Sequence record: LR756504.1
Reading direction: 5' to 3' (one strand)
DNA length: 64,000 nucleotides
Shown here piece after piece: positions 35,801 through 44,724 of the stretch. A model generated the notes under the pieces. The model saw only the letters and a program-made list of their open reading frames with translations, had not been told where the DNA came from and did not search any database. The position numbers and the translations under genes were made by a program. Within the stretch, counting starts at the first letter, position 1. Each line of letters begins with the position of its first letter.

Positions 35801-38566
35801 AAAATTAGTATAATTTTCAGACATTACTAAATATGGAAATCCATCACCATCTTTTAAAATAAATGACATATAACTTAGTACTGGTAATTGAAAAGAAAAA
35901 CTAAATCCAAAAAACGAATATGTGAATGTTTTTGATTTTTCACCAAAATAAAATACAGGCATTTGATTTCTTATACCATTTGGTTTAATCTTAAATTCTA
36001 CGGTAAATGAACCATTTCCGTTTATAATAGTAGACATAGGAACTTTTGACATATCGGAATAATCATTAATACCATCATATGTTCTATAATCACCATTTGA
36101 AATTTTAGGGACTAATAAATTAAAATTTGATCCACTTATACCATCAAGTAAATTAGTTATACGAGAATTTTTCAAATATAAATTGGTGCTATTTCTGTAT
36201 ATGTTAACTTCAAAATCATCGTACCATGTATTTGGAGAACTTGGTGGATTCCATGCATAAGTATTAACATAAATATCACTCATATCAGCAGGTGTACCAT
36301 CTTCATTATAAAGAATATTAGGTACTGTAACAGTTACAGTTAGTTTTTGGTAATTAAATCCTGTTCCTGTATATTGTGCAGGAAACCACGTTTGCGTACC
36401 ACCAGCGATACCAGTAGTGCTGGCATAATGAAAATTCCCGTTAACATTAGTTAATGAATTAACTAAAAGTCCAGCAGCAGTATTGCTACTTGCCCATATG
36501 GTTGATTGAATCACATCACCACTTTTAACATGACGATTAACACCTGGTCCATATTGATCACTACCCAATTTAATAGCATTTGAAGAATTAGGATTTATTG
36601 AATAATTTACATGTGTATTATCTATTTTTGATGAATAATTATCATTATGAAATAATTCATAATCACCACCATCAAAACTAGTTTTTATGCTTGTAATTAG
36701 AGTTGTAATTGGATCTTTTATTTCCCAATCATTTATTTTTTCTTTACTGAAGAAATTTAATTCATAATCTTTATCTTTTTGCCAACCCAATAAATTAATT
36801 AAATTAGTTTCATCTATACAAAATTCTTCTGGTTTACCATTTACTAAATATGAAATATGTATAGTAGAACCGTCAATATCTACTCTTAATTTTTTAATAT
36901 TACCTATAACATTTTTAATTGTATAAGTACTTCCATTATAAAACAAATTAACTGATGTGGAATTTATAAAGAAATAGTATTCATTTCCATTATTTAAATA
37001 TTCAAATTCTATAGCACCATTTAAAGTAATTGGTGTCATAAATGATGTGGAATTAAAAATAATACCTTGTATTATAGCATGTGTATAAGAACCAACAATA
37101 TCATTAGTAAGGAAAATTCCAGATGAACCGCTTAATAATTTAAAATCAACTACATTTGATGGTAATGTACTAGCAATATTAAAATAATTATATACTAAAC
37201 TAGTTCCTTCTGTACCTGCTATTGTAGGTGTTTCAATATTATCTTTAAATAAAAAGAAATTGTTATCTTTTTTACCTACCAAATAAATATCACTACCGAT
37301 ATTTTCAATTTTAGAAATAAATTGTGTATTATCATAATAATTTTTATATTGAACAAAATTAGTACCATTACTATAGTCTAATGTTCTATAATTAGCATTA
37401 ACTGAATAGAAATCTGTACCATTTGTACCATAAATATTTTCAGTAAAATCAAAATTAGTTAATGGTTCATTTTTAGTAAAATAAACCAAATCAGAAAAAC
37501 TATGATTTTGAAGTAATCTATAACTTAATCTATTTCTTACGATATAATTAGTAGACTCTATAAATATTTTAGGTTCGTCAAGAGATGGATATTCGCCATT
37601 TTGTTCTCTATCTAAAAAGAACTGTTTTTCTCTATTGAAAATTCCTTCTTTAACATATACCGAATATAAATAATAATCTTCTATTGTATCGAAAGATATA
37701 TCTAATGTCAATTTTTGATTTAAATATTCATAAACACCATTTTCTGTTGTATTTATCTGGTTTTTAAGCAATATTTTATGTTTAGATACTGCTAATGTAC
37801 CATCAACATTCAAAATTGGATAAATTTTATTAATATCGATATTTTCAGTCGTAGCTAAATCAATTAAAGTGAAATTCTTCAATAATTTAGTTAAAATCTT
37901 TTCTGAAGTAAACAAATTTCTTTGGGAATATCCCCACTCACCTTCAACCCACGAATCTTGGTAATAATTTTTCCATGAACTTAGTGTATAAGAACTATTA
38001 ATTAGAATATGATTGAAACTTGTCCCATAAGTACCAAAATCCCATGTAACAACAGTTGTAATCGTATTGTCAATGAAGTTAGTGCCTTGTATTAACCCTC
38101 CCGAAGATGATGTATTCAATACGGGAGCATTAGTACCATTAGTACCATAATAAGTTGTTATAATAGGCTGATAGACGGTAAAAAAGGTATCTGCACCATC
38201 TTCTTCAAACAACAAAGAATTAGCAGCTTTGATATATCCGCTATCCATGTAATTTTTCAAATCTTGTGAATTCAAGATTGTATCATCTGATAAATCTTTA
38301 GATAAATTATAATAGAATCCCTTCTTTAATTCTAAACCTTCTAAAAGGATGATTTCTGGTGCAACATTTGTTAAAGATACCCAAAATGCGTGCTGATATT
38401 TCAAAACATTATATACGTCTTCTAATGTATTAGTAACTGAATATCCAGAAGCATTAATACATTTAGAGTAAGTTTTAAGTTTATCTAAAATATTTACAAA
38501 AAAGTCGGTATCACGCAGATTATCCTTTTTAGAATAAGTATAGTTCTCTTTATTCCAAAGCATCAA
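29828..38566 (-). CDS. giant multidomain tail/virion protein (2912 aa): tail-fibre N-domain, CBM-like, LamG, BNR/YCF48-type propeller, WxxG repeat region
   Basis: LATTENID...VDG...ILLKNQ...ENGVY; FTVEFKIKP...GDISQFRIWDKEL...GYWKLDD; GKNGILIKSIDNGISW...LNSISF; WYNGTF/GTWYNG repeats. Confidence 0.75.
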   Translation of the reverse strand: MMLWNKENYTYSKKDNLRDTDFFVNILDKLKTYSKCINASGYSVTNTLEDVYNVLKYQHAFWVSLTNVAPEIILLEGLELKKGFYYNLSKDLSDDTILNSQDLKNYMDSGYIKAANSLLFEEDGADTFFTVYQPIITTYYGTNGTNAPVLNTSSSGGLIQGTNFIDNTITTVVTWDFGTYGTSFNHILINSSYTLSSWKNYYQDSWVEGEWGYSQRNLFTSEKILTKLLKNFTLIDLATTENIDINKIYPILNVDGTLAVSKHKILLKNQINTTENGVYEYLNQKLTLDISFDTIEDYYLYSVYVKEGIFNREKQFFLDREQNGEYPSLDEPKIFIESTNYIVRNRLSYRLLQNHSFSDLVYFTKNEPLTNFDFTENIYGTNGTDFYSVNANYRTLDYSNGTNFVQYKNYYDNTQFISKIENIGSDIYLVGKKDNNFFLFKDNIETPTIAGTEGTSLVYNYFNIASTLPSNVVDFKLLSGSSGIFLTNDIVGSYTHAIIQGIIFNSTSFMTPITLNGAIEFEYLNNGNEYYFFINSTSVNLFYNGSTYTIKNVIGNIKKLRVDIDGSTIHISYLVNGKPEEFCIDETNLINLLGWQKDKDYELNFFSKEKINDWEIKDPITTLITSIKTSFDGGDYELFHNDNYSSKIDNTHVNYSINPNSSNAIKLGSDQYGPGVNRHVKSGDVIQSTIWASSNTAAGLLVNSLTNVNGNFHYASTTGIAGGTQTWFPAQYTGTGFNYQKLTVTVTVPNILYNEDGTPADMSDIYVNTYAWNPPSSPNTWYDDFEVNIYRNSTNLYLKNSRITNLLDGISGSNFNLLVPKISNGDYRTYDGINDYSDMSKVPMSTIINGNGSFTVEFKIKPNGIRNQMPVFYFGEKSKTFTYSFFGFSFSFQLPVLSYMSFILKDGDGFPYLVMSENYTNFIKLKANRVIRENVSLSVAFTWQYTANKATGKLYFKEENEISPVLVGTIVDQKNSFKTPLSIKNLILDTCLIGKSDFKFPNYRGDISQFRIWDKELNPSQLNSRMGKTINPTDVIYSNLKGYWKLDDKNSYHLETISNTTTNNIFFGGLNRDAILPTIQSVSQIQEFSNNLFVLENDSASGTNGIKDVIYRIDLNDEKIYKIYSTSNNIKSIYLENYDLYFLENNKIFKFNTTYSSTNIFHNGTGTIEDFTVVNSLPYLYNSDDNIYNNGSNSTSSLFNNNIAQIKTIYGKSQGTISDISNYLLNIYLLDINGNIHLLSDEYLNTTSGLQTLDYIGTYPLKSNKYLVNGTNSFIIDGLNIYRDNLNLDLNNSLWTKNLKTIHGIYNRQNKVLILVSTIYDEIQLWQYNNTTGASKRFIDNKGNATMLKLAYNVDLTYHTVNNEEFITILNPLNKSITWFKLQRDNKFSWTCLPWTKKWTSNKTPIAIDSFTGSDANTKISILSQSGSNKLYLSSMKNTSDDYNLWEDCLTYEQDTDGLIIGDSGILFKDNSSTSWSIELQNLLYKNDFSDIEVFIEDSLRDKGYVVPSWSGVIWMIGKNGILIKSIDNGISWAVQETGVSQNLNSISFFGNKNGLLSGDSGVILATFTGGESFESIVLPEEIKNRDWQKVLIYSSNSAILLGNGGTLVHLTRKDFIWSVDKILNKLELNTIDKQILDSDLNNSIHLDMKTSMDADQYQQTLNDVKYLGDNKFLICGDRDLLLQLELVTKLNYKEPTLNFFKTNNLTDWREIKPYINFETNEKRAFILSNKNIYSFEYDRIVVDTNSNIHDIEIDLFFTNDSPLNKIDINNNYLFTVGDRVNAIRKSLFKVDSSTSGYGDLLYYVEDNSAFEEQNLNKIFQPKLLFLDYYLGRKINLHLEEGGFEVPKTYFPKSLLACYYFLPDDYIEFTDYGTVNNQNNFLAFQDYFYLNRRVLDGGLDKFAKIEPWIKYNKRISAASTSGYLDNYLWNGEFNEGLFTESTSGTNFLTNTINGTNFFRIVNDLVNSTSGETFVSGSYNGSALHERSYSTKIQLDSFTFATTQGDVIKLTLTKSDKSLSIQNGYDIQLNINTPYNEFNMDSHVKINDIGFLKVGYLNINTNSLSTRNVLTLIDYIKNVVLLTINNYEAENVLPTSTLNDIQVECGILILSDNFIVRDYNVVNQTITLWTLFEQDIIEDARYGSKLLLKNLNYFNGNLLHLEEVFSEHLLAQSYILDVNKSDNIYVEGFVNDLTKYYNLESYLKVGINGSETIYPIAYSEDVVYGPKYDLISFLNNINPIFDENYSFNLPSHNFTYNNLLRNNLNEFKEFTIVGNKIYIGNDLIDALNFVPGTFIDIVRGAKSVRRTYLSKIEIISYSKYPDKKRYVLHFNYELENKLHDSSTTVSLRTRNTLKEISQDLEFTDDLMFPLPNGGTNGVEFFNNSYFNQTKTATAYAPYILNDVNIRNNISAVVYLDNDSDWNINIIDWKTDPNLYYRPVDLHELGIDKIFKKAISVEPKNLGVDSNRLILKNIDIEKYNYRLVDGLTLQQLEKKYYWILNADMRNAIIGENDKGLVWYQGDWLCGIWEDGTWYSGRAFNIEWIKGDFYSYRTINNFNLIEVIPGDDASNSIWYKGLFGSGNFYNGTWYNGTFNKGNRYDGLWYNGQFLDGTWYNGTFMGGEFFGGTWLSGTFSESMFPSIWHYGTWLGGDFENGVWENGIWDQTVRVKSRFGTKASLLHKAIWEYGWWKGGEFHSGLTIDVNGKTIASINYANSTWYNGVWDKGDFYGGIWKMGRFNNGVWYNGYWLSDMEIESFYLVYGGTIEIKFKKPHYFKTINGLKNSFTIIGNPIITDVVDSKAEDLGYNTKPVKHEVIDIIDDYTILITTNLVPSVSPPSPTPLPSCYDYTLVNEISFTKESIALTNLGYVEGPFVVSHWSNGTWLGGIFDMGLFSNGLWKGGIFLNGVVDNGIYGE

Positions 38567-38657
38567 AATTTGATATTTTGAAATATATATAAAGAATAGT
38601 TATCCCTGACTAAAAGATTTAATAAGAATTTTGTTTTAAAAATTATCTATAATTATT

Positions 38658-39722
38658 TTATTTTTTCTCAAAATGTAATATTATAAATTTCATATTTTTA
38701 TCAGAATATCCATCCATAATTCTTTTACTTTTAAACTCATAACCATCAATGTTTTGCATTATTTTAATAGCATTATGGAGTTTAAACTCAATTTCTGGAT
38801 CATTACTCGTAAATTCTACAACAATCTCATATTCATTAACTGTAGCTCTACCAAAACCAAATTCATTAAATTTTACAGGTTCTAAATTAATATCACAATT
38901 CTTTAAAATTTCACTTATTTTACCACAAATTTCTTTTTTATATTCTTCTTCTTTCTTGTCCGATGGTTCATGTAATTCTTTTCTTCTTTTTTTCCAAAAT
39001 ACATCATACTCGGATTCAGTCATATTAGAAAGCATTTTTCTAATTTCTTGTTCATTATCACCTAATCTTAAATCAAATGTTAGTAATCTACCATCTTTAC
39101 CTTTAACTTCGATATGTTTAATTATAGGCTTAATACCTTTTTCTATATTTTTTATACTCATAGAATTCTTATATTTAGATGATTTTAAATCAGGATATTG
39201 AATATTAAATTCTTCTATAAAATAATCAAATAATTGATTTGCTATATCTGATGAAATATTATATTTATCTACTTTTTCGTTAAATCGTTGTTTTTGTGTA
39301 CCATCCAAATTTTCAAAATTCTTTATATCATTAACTGTAACATTTGTTAATTTAATTCTTGATGTATTAAAAGCCTTTTCTAACTCATTTTTTTTAAGAA
39401 CAATAAAAAATGGAATATTATCTATTATAACTCTTCTATCACCATGTTCAATATTACTTGAAAATACATCTCTTTTAATTGGGTGATACTTTCCAAAAAC
39501 GTAATTTATTGTATAATTTTTACCGATAGTGAGATTATTCAATGATATATTAGTCCCGCCCCTATCAACAATTTTGATTTTTTTTAAGTCACTACCATAC
39601 TTTTCAAAGTCATTTGAAATATCATGAAAAAGTTGCACAGCTTTTTCATCATTTTCTTTTCTTTCAGGACTTAATCTAGCTAAATTTCCCCAAAATCCTT
39701 CATATGTTTTTAAATATTTCAT
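38658..39722 (-). CDS. hypothetical protein with capsid-targeting-like leader (start likely 39722, MKYLKTYEGF)
   Basis: The in-frame ATG at 39722 follows the stop of 39725..39952 by 2 nt. Confidence 0.65.
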   Translation of the reverse strand: MKYLKTYEGFWGNLARLSPERKENDEKAVQLFHDISNDFEKYGSDLKKIKIVDRGGTNISLNNLTIGKNYTINYVFGKYHPIKRDVFSSNIEHGDRRVIIDNIPFFIVLKKNELEKAFNTSRIKLTNVTVNDIKNFENLDGTQKQRFNEKVDKYNISSDIANQLFDYFIEEFNIQYPDLKSSKYKNSMSIKNIEKGIKPIIKHIEVKGKDGRLLTFDLRLGDNEQEIRKMLSNMTESEYDVFWKKRRKELHEPSDKKEEEYKKEICGKISEILKNCDINLEPVKFNEFGFGRATVNEYEIVVEFTSNDPEIEFKLHNAIKIMQNIDGYEFKSKRIMDGYSDKNMKFIILHFEKK

Positions 39723-39724
39723 AA

Positions 39725-39952
39725 TTATCGTTTTATTTTTAATATCCAAGACTTTTTCTCTTTAGTAAGAACATATATTTGCTCTTTAATTTTAATTCCA
39801 GAATCTAATAAGTTAGAAAGGATCTTATTTGTAAAATCTTCTAAAAGGTAAATTTCCTCCATATATTCCATTAACTTAATTTCATACTCCTCTTCGTTAA
39901 GAAATATCAAATCATATAATAATTTCTGTTCCTTGGTTAATTCATTACTCAT
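39725..39952 (-). CDS. hypothetical protein
   Basis: 75-aa ORF; TAATATATA at 39993-40001. Confidence 0.6.
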   Translation of the reverse strand: MSNELTKEQKLLYDLIFLNEEEYEIKLMEYMEEIYLLEDFTNKILSNLLDSGIKIKEQIYVLTKEKKSWILKIKR

Positions 39953-40083
39953 TTTAATAAAAGATTTTTATCAACTTTATACAAGATCATGATATATATT
40001 AATAATATTATATGTTTTATTATTATTATTATTTTGTGGAATAGTATATTTATAGATATATAATTAAAAAAAGTAATTGATAT

Positions 40084-40887
40084 ATGTCAAAGAAAGCTTC
40101 TACAAAAAGAACTACTAGAACATCATCTAGAAAAACTAATAAAATGGAAATGGAAATGGAAATGATGGAAGATATTAGAATTAATACTAATAAAAAATCA
40201 CAAGACTTGACTTATAATCTAAATACAAAATTTAAAAATGTTAAACAAAAAGAATTATACAATGCTATATTAGATAATAGAATTATTTTTGTAAAAGGTA
40301 GTGCTGGAACAGGTAAAACTTTTGTTGCTTTGTTTGCAGCATTAAACTGTTTAAAAACTAAATCTTTTAATATAAAGAAGATTATATTAACAAAACCATA
40401 TTTACAAGTTGGTAATAATAATAATAGTACTGGTTATTTGAAAGGTACTCTGGAGGAAAAGATTCAACCATATTTTACTTCATTTTATAGTAATTTAAAT
40501 AAATTAATTGGTGGCACGTGGACAAATAGTTTAAAAGAAGCTGGATTTATAGAAGATAAACTTTTAAATTTTGTTAGAGGTGAAACTTTTGGTGAGCACG
40601 ATTCTAATGGTAATCCATTAGGTTGTGTAGCTATATTAGATGAAGGTCAAAATACCACAGTTAGTGAAATGAAGACGTATATTTCAAGAATGGGAGAAGA
40701 TACTAAACTTATAATTTTGGGTGATTCTGACCAAATTGATATTAAGCTTGGTAGAAATGAAATTAGTGGCTTAGATGATGCATTTGAAAGATTTAAAGAT
40801 ATAGATGGTATAGCATTTATAGAATTTAATGAAGAAGATATTGTAAGAGATAAATTTTTAATTGAAATAATGAAAAGATATAAATAA
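40084..40887 (+). CDS. phoH: PhoH-like ATPase
   Basis: GSAGTGKT Walker A, FVRGETF, ILDEGQN, ISRMGEDTKLIILGDSDQID. Confidence 0.93.
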   Translation: MSKKASTKRTTRTSSRKTNKMEMEMEMMEDIRINTNKKSQDLTYNLNTKFKNVKQKELYNAILDNRIIFVKGSAGTGKTFVALFAALNCLKTKSFNIKKIILTKPYLQVGNNNNSTGYLKGTLEEKIQPYFTSFYSNLNKLIGGTWTNSLKEAGFIEDKLLNFVRGETFGEHDSNGNPLGCVAILDEGQNTTVSEMKTYISRMGEDTKLIILGDSDQIDIKLGRNEISGLDDAFERFKDIDGIAFIEFNEEDIVRDKFLIEIMKRYK

Positions 40888-40889
40888 TT

Positions 40890-41351
40890 ATGAGACCAGT
40901 AAGAATTAATTTAACAGAAATAACAGAAGATAAATTTTTATATATGATGTTAAAATATTTTCCATCAGTAGAAGAATCACACGTTGATTGGATAAAACAG
41001 TTTTATATGGAAATGTCTGAAAGATATTTCCAAGTAATATTAGATTTGGATTCTGGTGAAGTAATTCAAGCTTTTTTACCAGATGGAACATGGGCTTTGT
41101 CTAAGTTTTATATTGATTTAGTACCAACACCAGATAAACTTGACGAGAATGGTTTTGAAAAAATAGATGATATGAAATATCTTGATAAAGAATTTAATAA
41201 TATAAATAAATTGAATAAACCTAAGAAAAAAGAAATTGTTATTGATGAAAAGAAAATTGATAAAATATTAGATAAAATTTCTAAAAATGGTAGAGAATCT
41301 TTATCTATACAAGAAGAACAAATATTAAAATTGTATGCTAAAAAAAAATAA
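40890..41351 (+). CDS. hypothetical protein with C-terminal ILDKISxxGxxSL motif (DUF6576-like)
   Basis: IDKILDKISKNGRESLSIQEEQIL. Confidence 0.6.
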   Translation: MRPVRINLTEITEDKFLYMMLKYFPSVEESHVDWIKQFYMEMSERYFQVILDLDSGEVIQAFLPDGTWALSKFYIDLVPTPDKLDENGFEKIDDMKYLDKEFNNINKLNKPKKKEIVIDEKKIDKILDKISKNGRESLSIQEEQILKLYAKKK

Positions 41352-41382
41352 TAAAAAAGGAGTTTAAAAACTCCTTTTTTAT
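41351..41382. terminator. bidirectional terminator
   Basis: ataaaaaaggagttt-aa-aaactccttttttat between convergent genes. Confidence 0.75.
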
Positions 41383-41398
41383 TTAACATAGAATGTAT

Positions 41399-42973
41399 TT
41401 AATTTAAATTTATTTTTAATTCTTCATATGGATAATTTCTTTCTCCATAAAATCTTTTCCTTTCAATATAATGTTTATATAAAATATTGGAAGGTGTTTT
41501 ATCGAATGTGTCAACTATATCAAAAACATTCGCACATTCTTTATCATCGTGTAACCTTAAAATTCTACCCACACTTTGAATTATTATCTGTTCTGATTTA
41601 TAAGATTCTAAAAATATTACATTAGATAATGATTTTATTGATATACCAACTGCCAATATACCAAACGATGCAACTAATATCTTTGGATTACCTGTGGTAA
41701 TTTCCATCTCAGTTTTAATATACTTTCTATTTTCTGATTTAACATCACCATCAATATAATGAACATCTATATTTTCTAATTTTTCTCTACATGTATGATA
41801 AAATGATGTTCCATAATCTTTAATATTAAAGAGAACTAGTGTATTTTTAGTTATCTTAGATAAAAGTTTTTCGATAATAAAATTTGTTCTTTTAGCAGAC
41901 GCTTGTACATATTTTCGTTCAAGTTCAAAACATGCTTTACCATTACCACCTCTTCTAATCAAACTAATATTATCATTGAATTCAGAATCTTGATGATTTA
42001 AAATTAATGCTTTTATTTTTACTGGTGTAATAACACCTTTTTTCATTAATTCATCTGCTCTAACTTCTGATATTTTAGGGCCCATCAAAGATTGAATAGT
42101 AAGGTGATCTATAGTTTCCTTATTTGGAAATGTGCCACTCATACCAAATCTTATATGCGCAGAGCCGAAAGTATTACCTAAAACTTTAGCAACCATTTTA
42201 ATATCAGTAGAATTCCCTGAACCTGATTTATGTGCTTCGTCTCCTGCTATGCCATAAAATTGATTAAACCATTCTTTATCTCTTTTTTCCAAGCTTTGGT
42301 ATGTTCCTATAACAATATTAGCTTCGCCCTCGCTACGTCTTGGTTTATCCGACATTATTTCATCCATTTTAATAATAAGTGGTTCAGTATTTGTATTATC
42401 GAAACCGAAGTTATAATCCAATATATCATCATAGAATTGAGTTACTAAGCTTATATTTGGTACTATTAATAAAAATTTAGCATTTGGATTAATATATTTT
42501 ATTGTATAAAAAGCAATTATAGCAAATATTAATGATTTTCCACCACCTGTAGCTACTTCGGTTATACAATATCTATTTTTTAGAATTTTATATGCTGTTT
42601 GTATTTGATGTTCATATGGAGTAAATATTTCACCCTTTCTTGTAATATGATTTTTAAAAAAGTCTTTACAAAAATCTTCAACATTTTCTAATGTGATATT
42701 TTTATTAATTGGGAAATCTTCTTTGTTTTCGATTTCAAATTTCCAACTATTCATTTTACATAAATCAAAACATTCTCTCCAAAGACCTAAATTTATTTGA
42801 CCATTATTAAAATGTGATATAGTACCATCCCACACACCTAAACGAAATCGAGGTTGATATTTATAATTTTTTACATGTCTAGTCAAATGTAATTTTAACT
42901 GATGATATTCGGTCCTAGTAGAATCTACAATTATAAGCTTTTCTTTTTCTAAGTCTAATCTAAATTTCATCAA
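41399..42973 (-). CDS. uvsW: UvsW-like SF2 DNA helicase
   Basis: PYEHQ, VATGGGKS, GTYQSL, DEAH, GMSGT, GISIK, QSVGRILR. Confidence 0.9.
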   Translation of the reverse strand: MMKFRLDLEKEKLIIVDSTRTEYHQLKLHLTRHVKNYKYQPRFRLGVWDGTISHFNNGQINLGLWRECFDLCKMNSWKFEIENKEDFPINKNITLENVEDFCKDFFKNHITRKGEIFTPYEHQIQTAYKILKNRYCITEVATGGGKSLIFAIIAFYTIKYINPNAKFLLIVPNISLVTQFYDDILDYNFGFDNTNTEPLIIKMDEIMSDKPRRSEGEANIVIGTYQSLEKRDKEWFNQFYGIAGDEAHKSGSGNSTDIKMVAKVLGNTFGSAHIRFGMSGTFPNKETIDHLTIQSLMGPKISEVRADELMKKGVITPVKIKALILNHQDSEFNDNISLIRRGGNGKACFELERKYVQASAKRTNFIIEKLLSKITKNTLVLFNIKDYGTSFYHTCREKLENIDVHYIDGDVKSENRKYIKTEMEITTGNPKILVASFGILAVGISIKSLSNVIFLESYKSEQIIIQSVGRILRLHDDKECANVFDIVDTFDKTPSNILYKHYIERKRFYGERNYPYEELKINLN

Positions 42974-42993
42974 TTGTCCTATTTTAGGTATAT

Positions 42994-43020
42994 ATTATAT
43001 ACCAAATCATTGTTCGGTTT
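42994..43020 (-). promoter_or_regulatory. putative middle promoter AAAC-N17-TATAAT (overlaps TAATATATA at 42989-42997)
   Basis: Upstream of uvsW. Confidence 0.45.
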
Positions 43021-43072
43021 TATAAATTTTGTAGTTATTTCAGTATTTTTATAATATTATTATATTATTTTT

Positions 43073-43100
43073 AAACTTTTTATAAATGTTAATGTATAAT
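43073..43100 (+). promoter_or_regulatory. putative middle promoter AAAC-N18-TATAAT
   Basis: 5 nt upstream of the adk ATG. Confidence 0.5.
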
Positions 43101-43105
43101 ACACA

Positions 43106-43684
43106 ATGAAAAATATTGTTTTATTCGGATCACCAGGTAGTGGTAAAGGTACACAAAGCCAAATATTAACTAATACTTATGGTTTGGTACATTTTAATAT
43201 GGGTGAGATTTTAAGAAAAGAGTATGAAGATGGTACAGAATTAGGAATAGTGGCAGCATCCTATTGGTTAAAAGGAAACTTATCGCCTAATGATATTGTA
43301 ATAAATATTTTCGATGCAAACTTAAAAAAATATGATGATAATTGTACAGGATTTATATTTGATGGATTTCCAAGAACAATAGAACAAGCAATATCATTAG
43401 ATAATCTATTAGATAAATTTAATACTAAAATACATCATATGATTTTATTAGATGTTAATAATGAATTATTAACAGAGAGATTAATAGAAAGAGGAAAAAC
43501 ATCAAATAGACATGATGATAAAGATACTGTTATAATTGAAAAAAGATTACAAGTTTATAGTAAAAATACTTTACCTGTTGCTGAATTTTATAAAGCGCAA
43601 AACAAACTCAACGTGATAAATGGAGTTGGAACTATCCAAGAAATTGCGGATAGAATATTTACCGTTATCCACCAAACAATTTAA
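43106..43684 (+). CDS. adk: adenylate kinase (short-LID type)
   Basis: GSPGSGKGTQ, GFIFDGFPRTIEQA, RGKTSNRHDD. Confidence 0.95.
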   Translation: MKNIVLFGSPGSGKGTQSQILTNTYGLVHFNMGEILRKEYEDGTELGIVAASYWLKGNLSPNDIVINIFDANLKKYDDNCTGFIFDGFPRTIEQAISLDNLLDKFNTKIHHMILLDVNNELLTERLIERGKTSNRHDDKDTVIIEKRLQVYSKNTLPVAEFYKAQNKLNVINGVGTIQEIADRIFTVIHQTI

Positions 43685-43700
43685 AAAATAAAATATTAAT

Positions 43701-44300
43701 ATGAGTGAAAAAATTGAAAATGTAAGCTACAGTTTAGGTGTAAATGTAGGAACTAATCTAAAGAAAGAAGGATTTGGTGAATTAAATATTGAAAAATTTG
43801 CTAAGGCAATTGAAGATGTTTTTGCTGCAAGAGATTTGGAAATTCCTGTAGAAAAAACGGATGAAATTATCAATACATTCTTTGCAACTTTACAAAAAGA
43901 AAAATTTGAAAACAATGCTAAAGATGGTGTAGATTTTTTAGCTACTAATGCTACAAGAGATGGTGTAACAGTACTTCCAAGTGGATTGCAATACGAAGTT
44001 ATTACAGAAGGTAATGGTGCTATTCCAACTGCTGATAATACAGTAACAACACATTATCATGGTACATTGATTGATGGTACAGTATTTGATTCGTCTGTTA
44101 ATAGAAATGAACCTGCAACATTTGCGGTCAATCAGGTTATTAAAGGATGGGTTGAAGTATTACAATTAATGCCTGTTGGTTCTAAATGGAGAATTTTCAT
44201 TCCATCAGAATTAGCTTATGGTGAAAGAGGTGCAGGTAAAGCTATTGCACCACATTCAACATTAATTTTCGAAATTGAATTATTAGAAATTGCTGAGTAA
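43701..44300 (+). CDS. fklB: FKBP-type peptidyl-prolyl cis-trans isomerase (FklB-like)
   Basis: SYSLG, LPSGLQY, HYHGTLIDGTVFDSS, VIKGW, LAYG...IAPHSTLIFEIELL. Confidence 0.92.
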   Translation: MSEKIENVSYSLGVNVGTNLKKEGFGELNIEKFAKAIEDVFAARDLEIPVEKTDEIINTFFATLQKEKFENNAKDGVDFLATNATRDGVTVLPSGLQYEVITEGNGAIPTADNTVTTHYHGTLIDGTVFDSSVNRNEPATFAVNQVIKGWVEVLQLMPVGSKWRIFIPSELAYGERGAGKAIAPHSTLIFEIELLEIAE

Positions 44301-44724
44301 TATAAAAACATATTTTAAGTGGCTATGGTTATACTTCTTATTGTGGAAACACTTTAGGAAGTATACTATTTTTTCTATTAAATTTAGAATAGAAAATTAT
44401 ACTGCTAATTTTACATTTAGATTTAATTTAAAAGATTCTCCGATATTATCTTTTTGGATTCCAAAAGAAGAAGATGCTGTAATATTTTTTCATATAGCAT
44501 CCTTATTAAAATATTCTAATAAAGGATATTATTCTGAAATATACACATTTGGTGATAATTTTACTCCATATGAAGCATTAGAATATCTTGTTAAATTTAT
44601 ACCATTATTTATTGAAAATTATAATTCTATACAATCTGATAATCGAGATCAGATGGAAACTAATATAGTTAATTTAGTAAAAAGTATGAATAGGAAAAAT
44701 ATAATAGATTCTATAATAGAATAG
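44290..44724 (+). CDS. hypothetical protein
   Basis: 144-aa ORF with TTG start overlapping the FKBP stop. Confidence 0.5.
   Translation: MLSNIKTYFKWLWLYFLLWKHFRKYTIFSIKFRIENYTANFTFRFNLKDSPILSFWIPKEEDAVIFFHIASLLKYSNKGYYSEIYTFGDNFTPYEALEYLVKFIPLFIENYNSIQSDNRDQMETNIVNLVKSMNRKNIIDSIIE

Noticed and set aside
39723-39749. ORF-track start at 39749 for the 363-aa ORF
   Set aside because: It overlaps the upstream gene; ATG 39722 gives the leader motif and normal spacing
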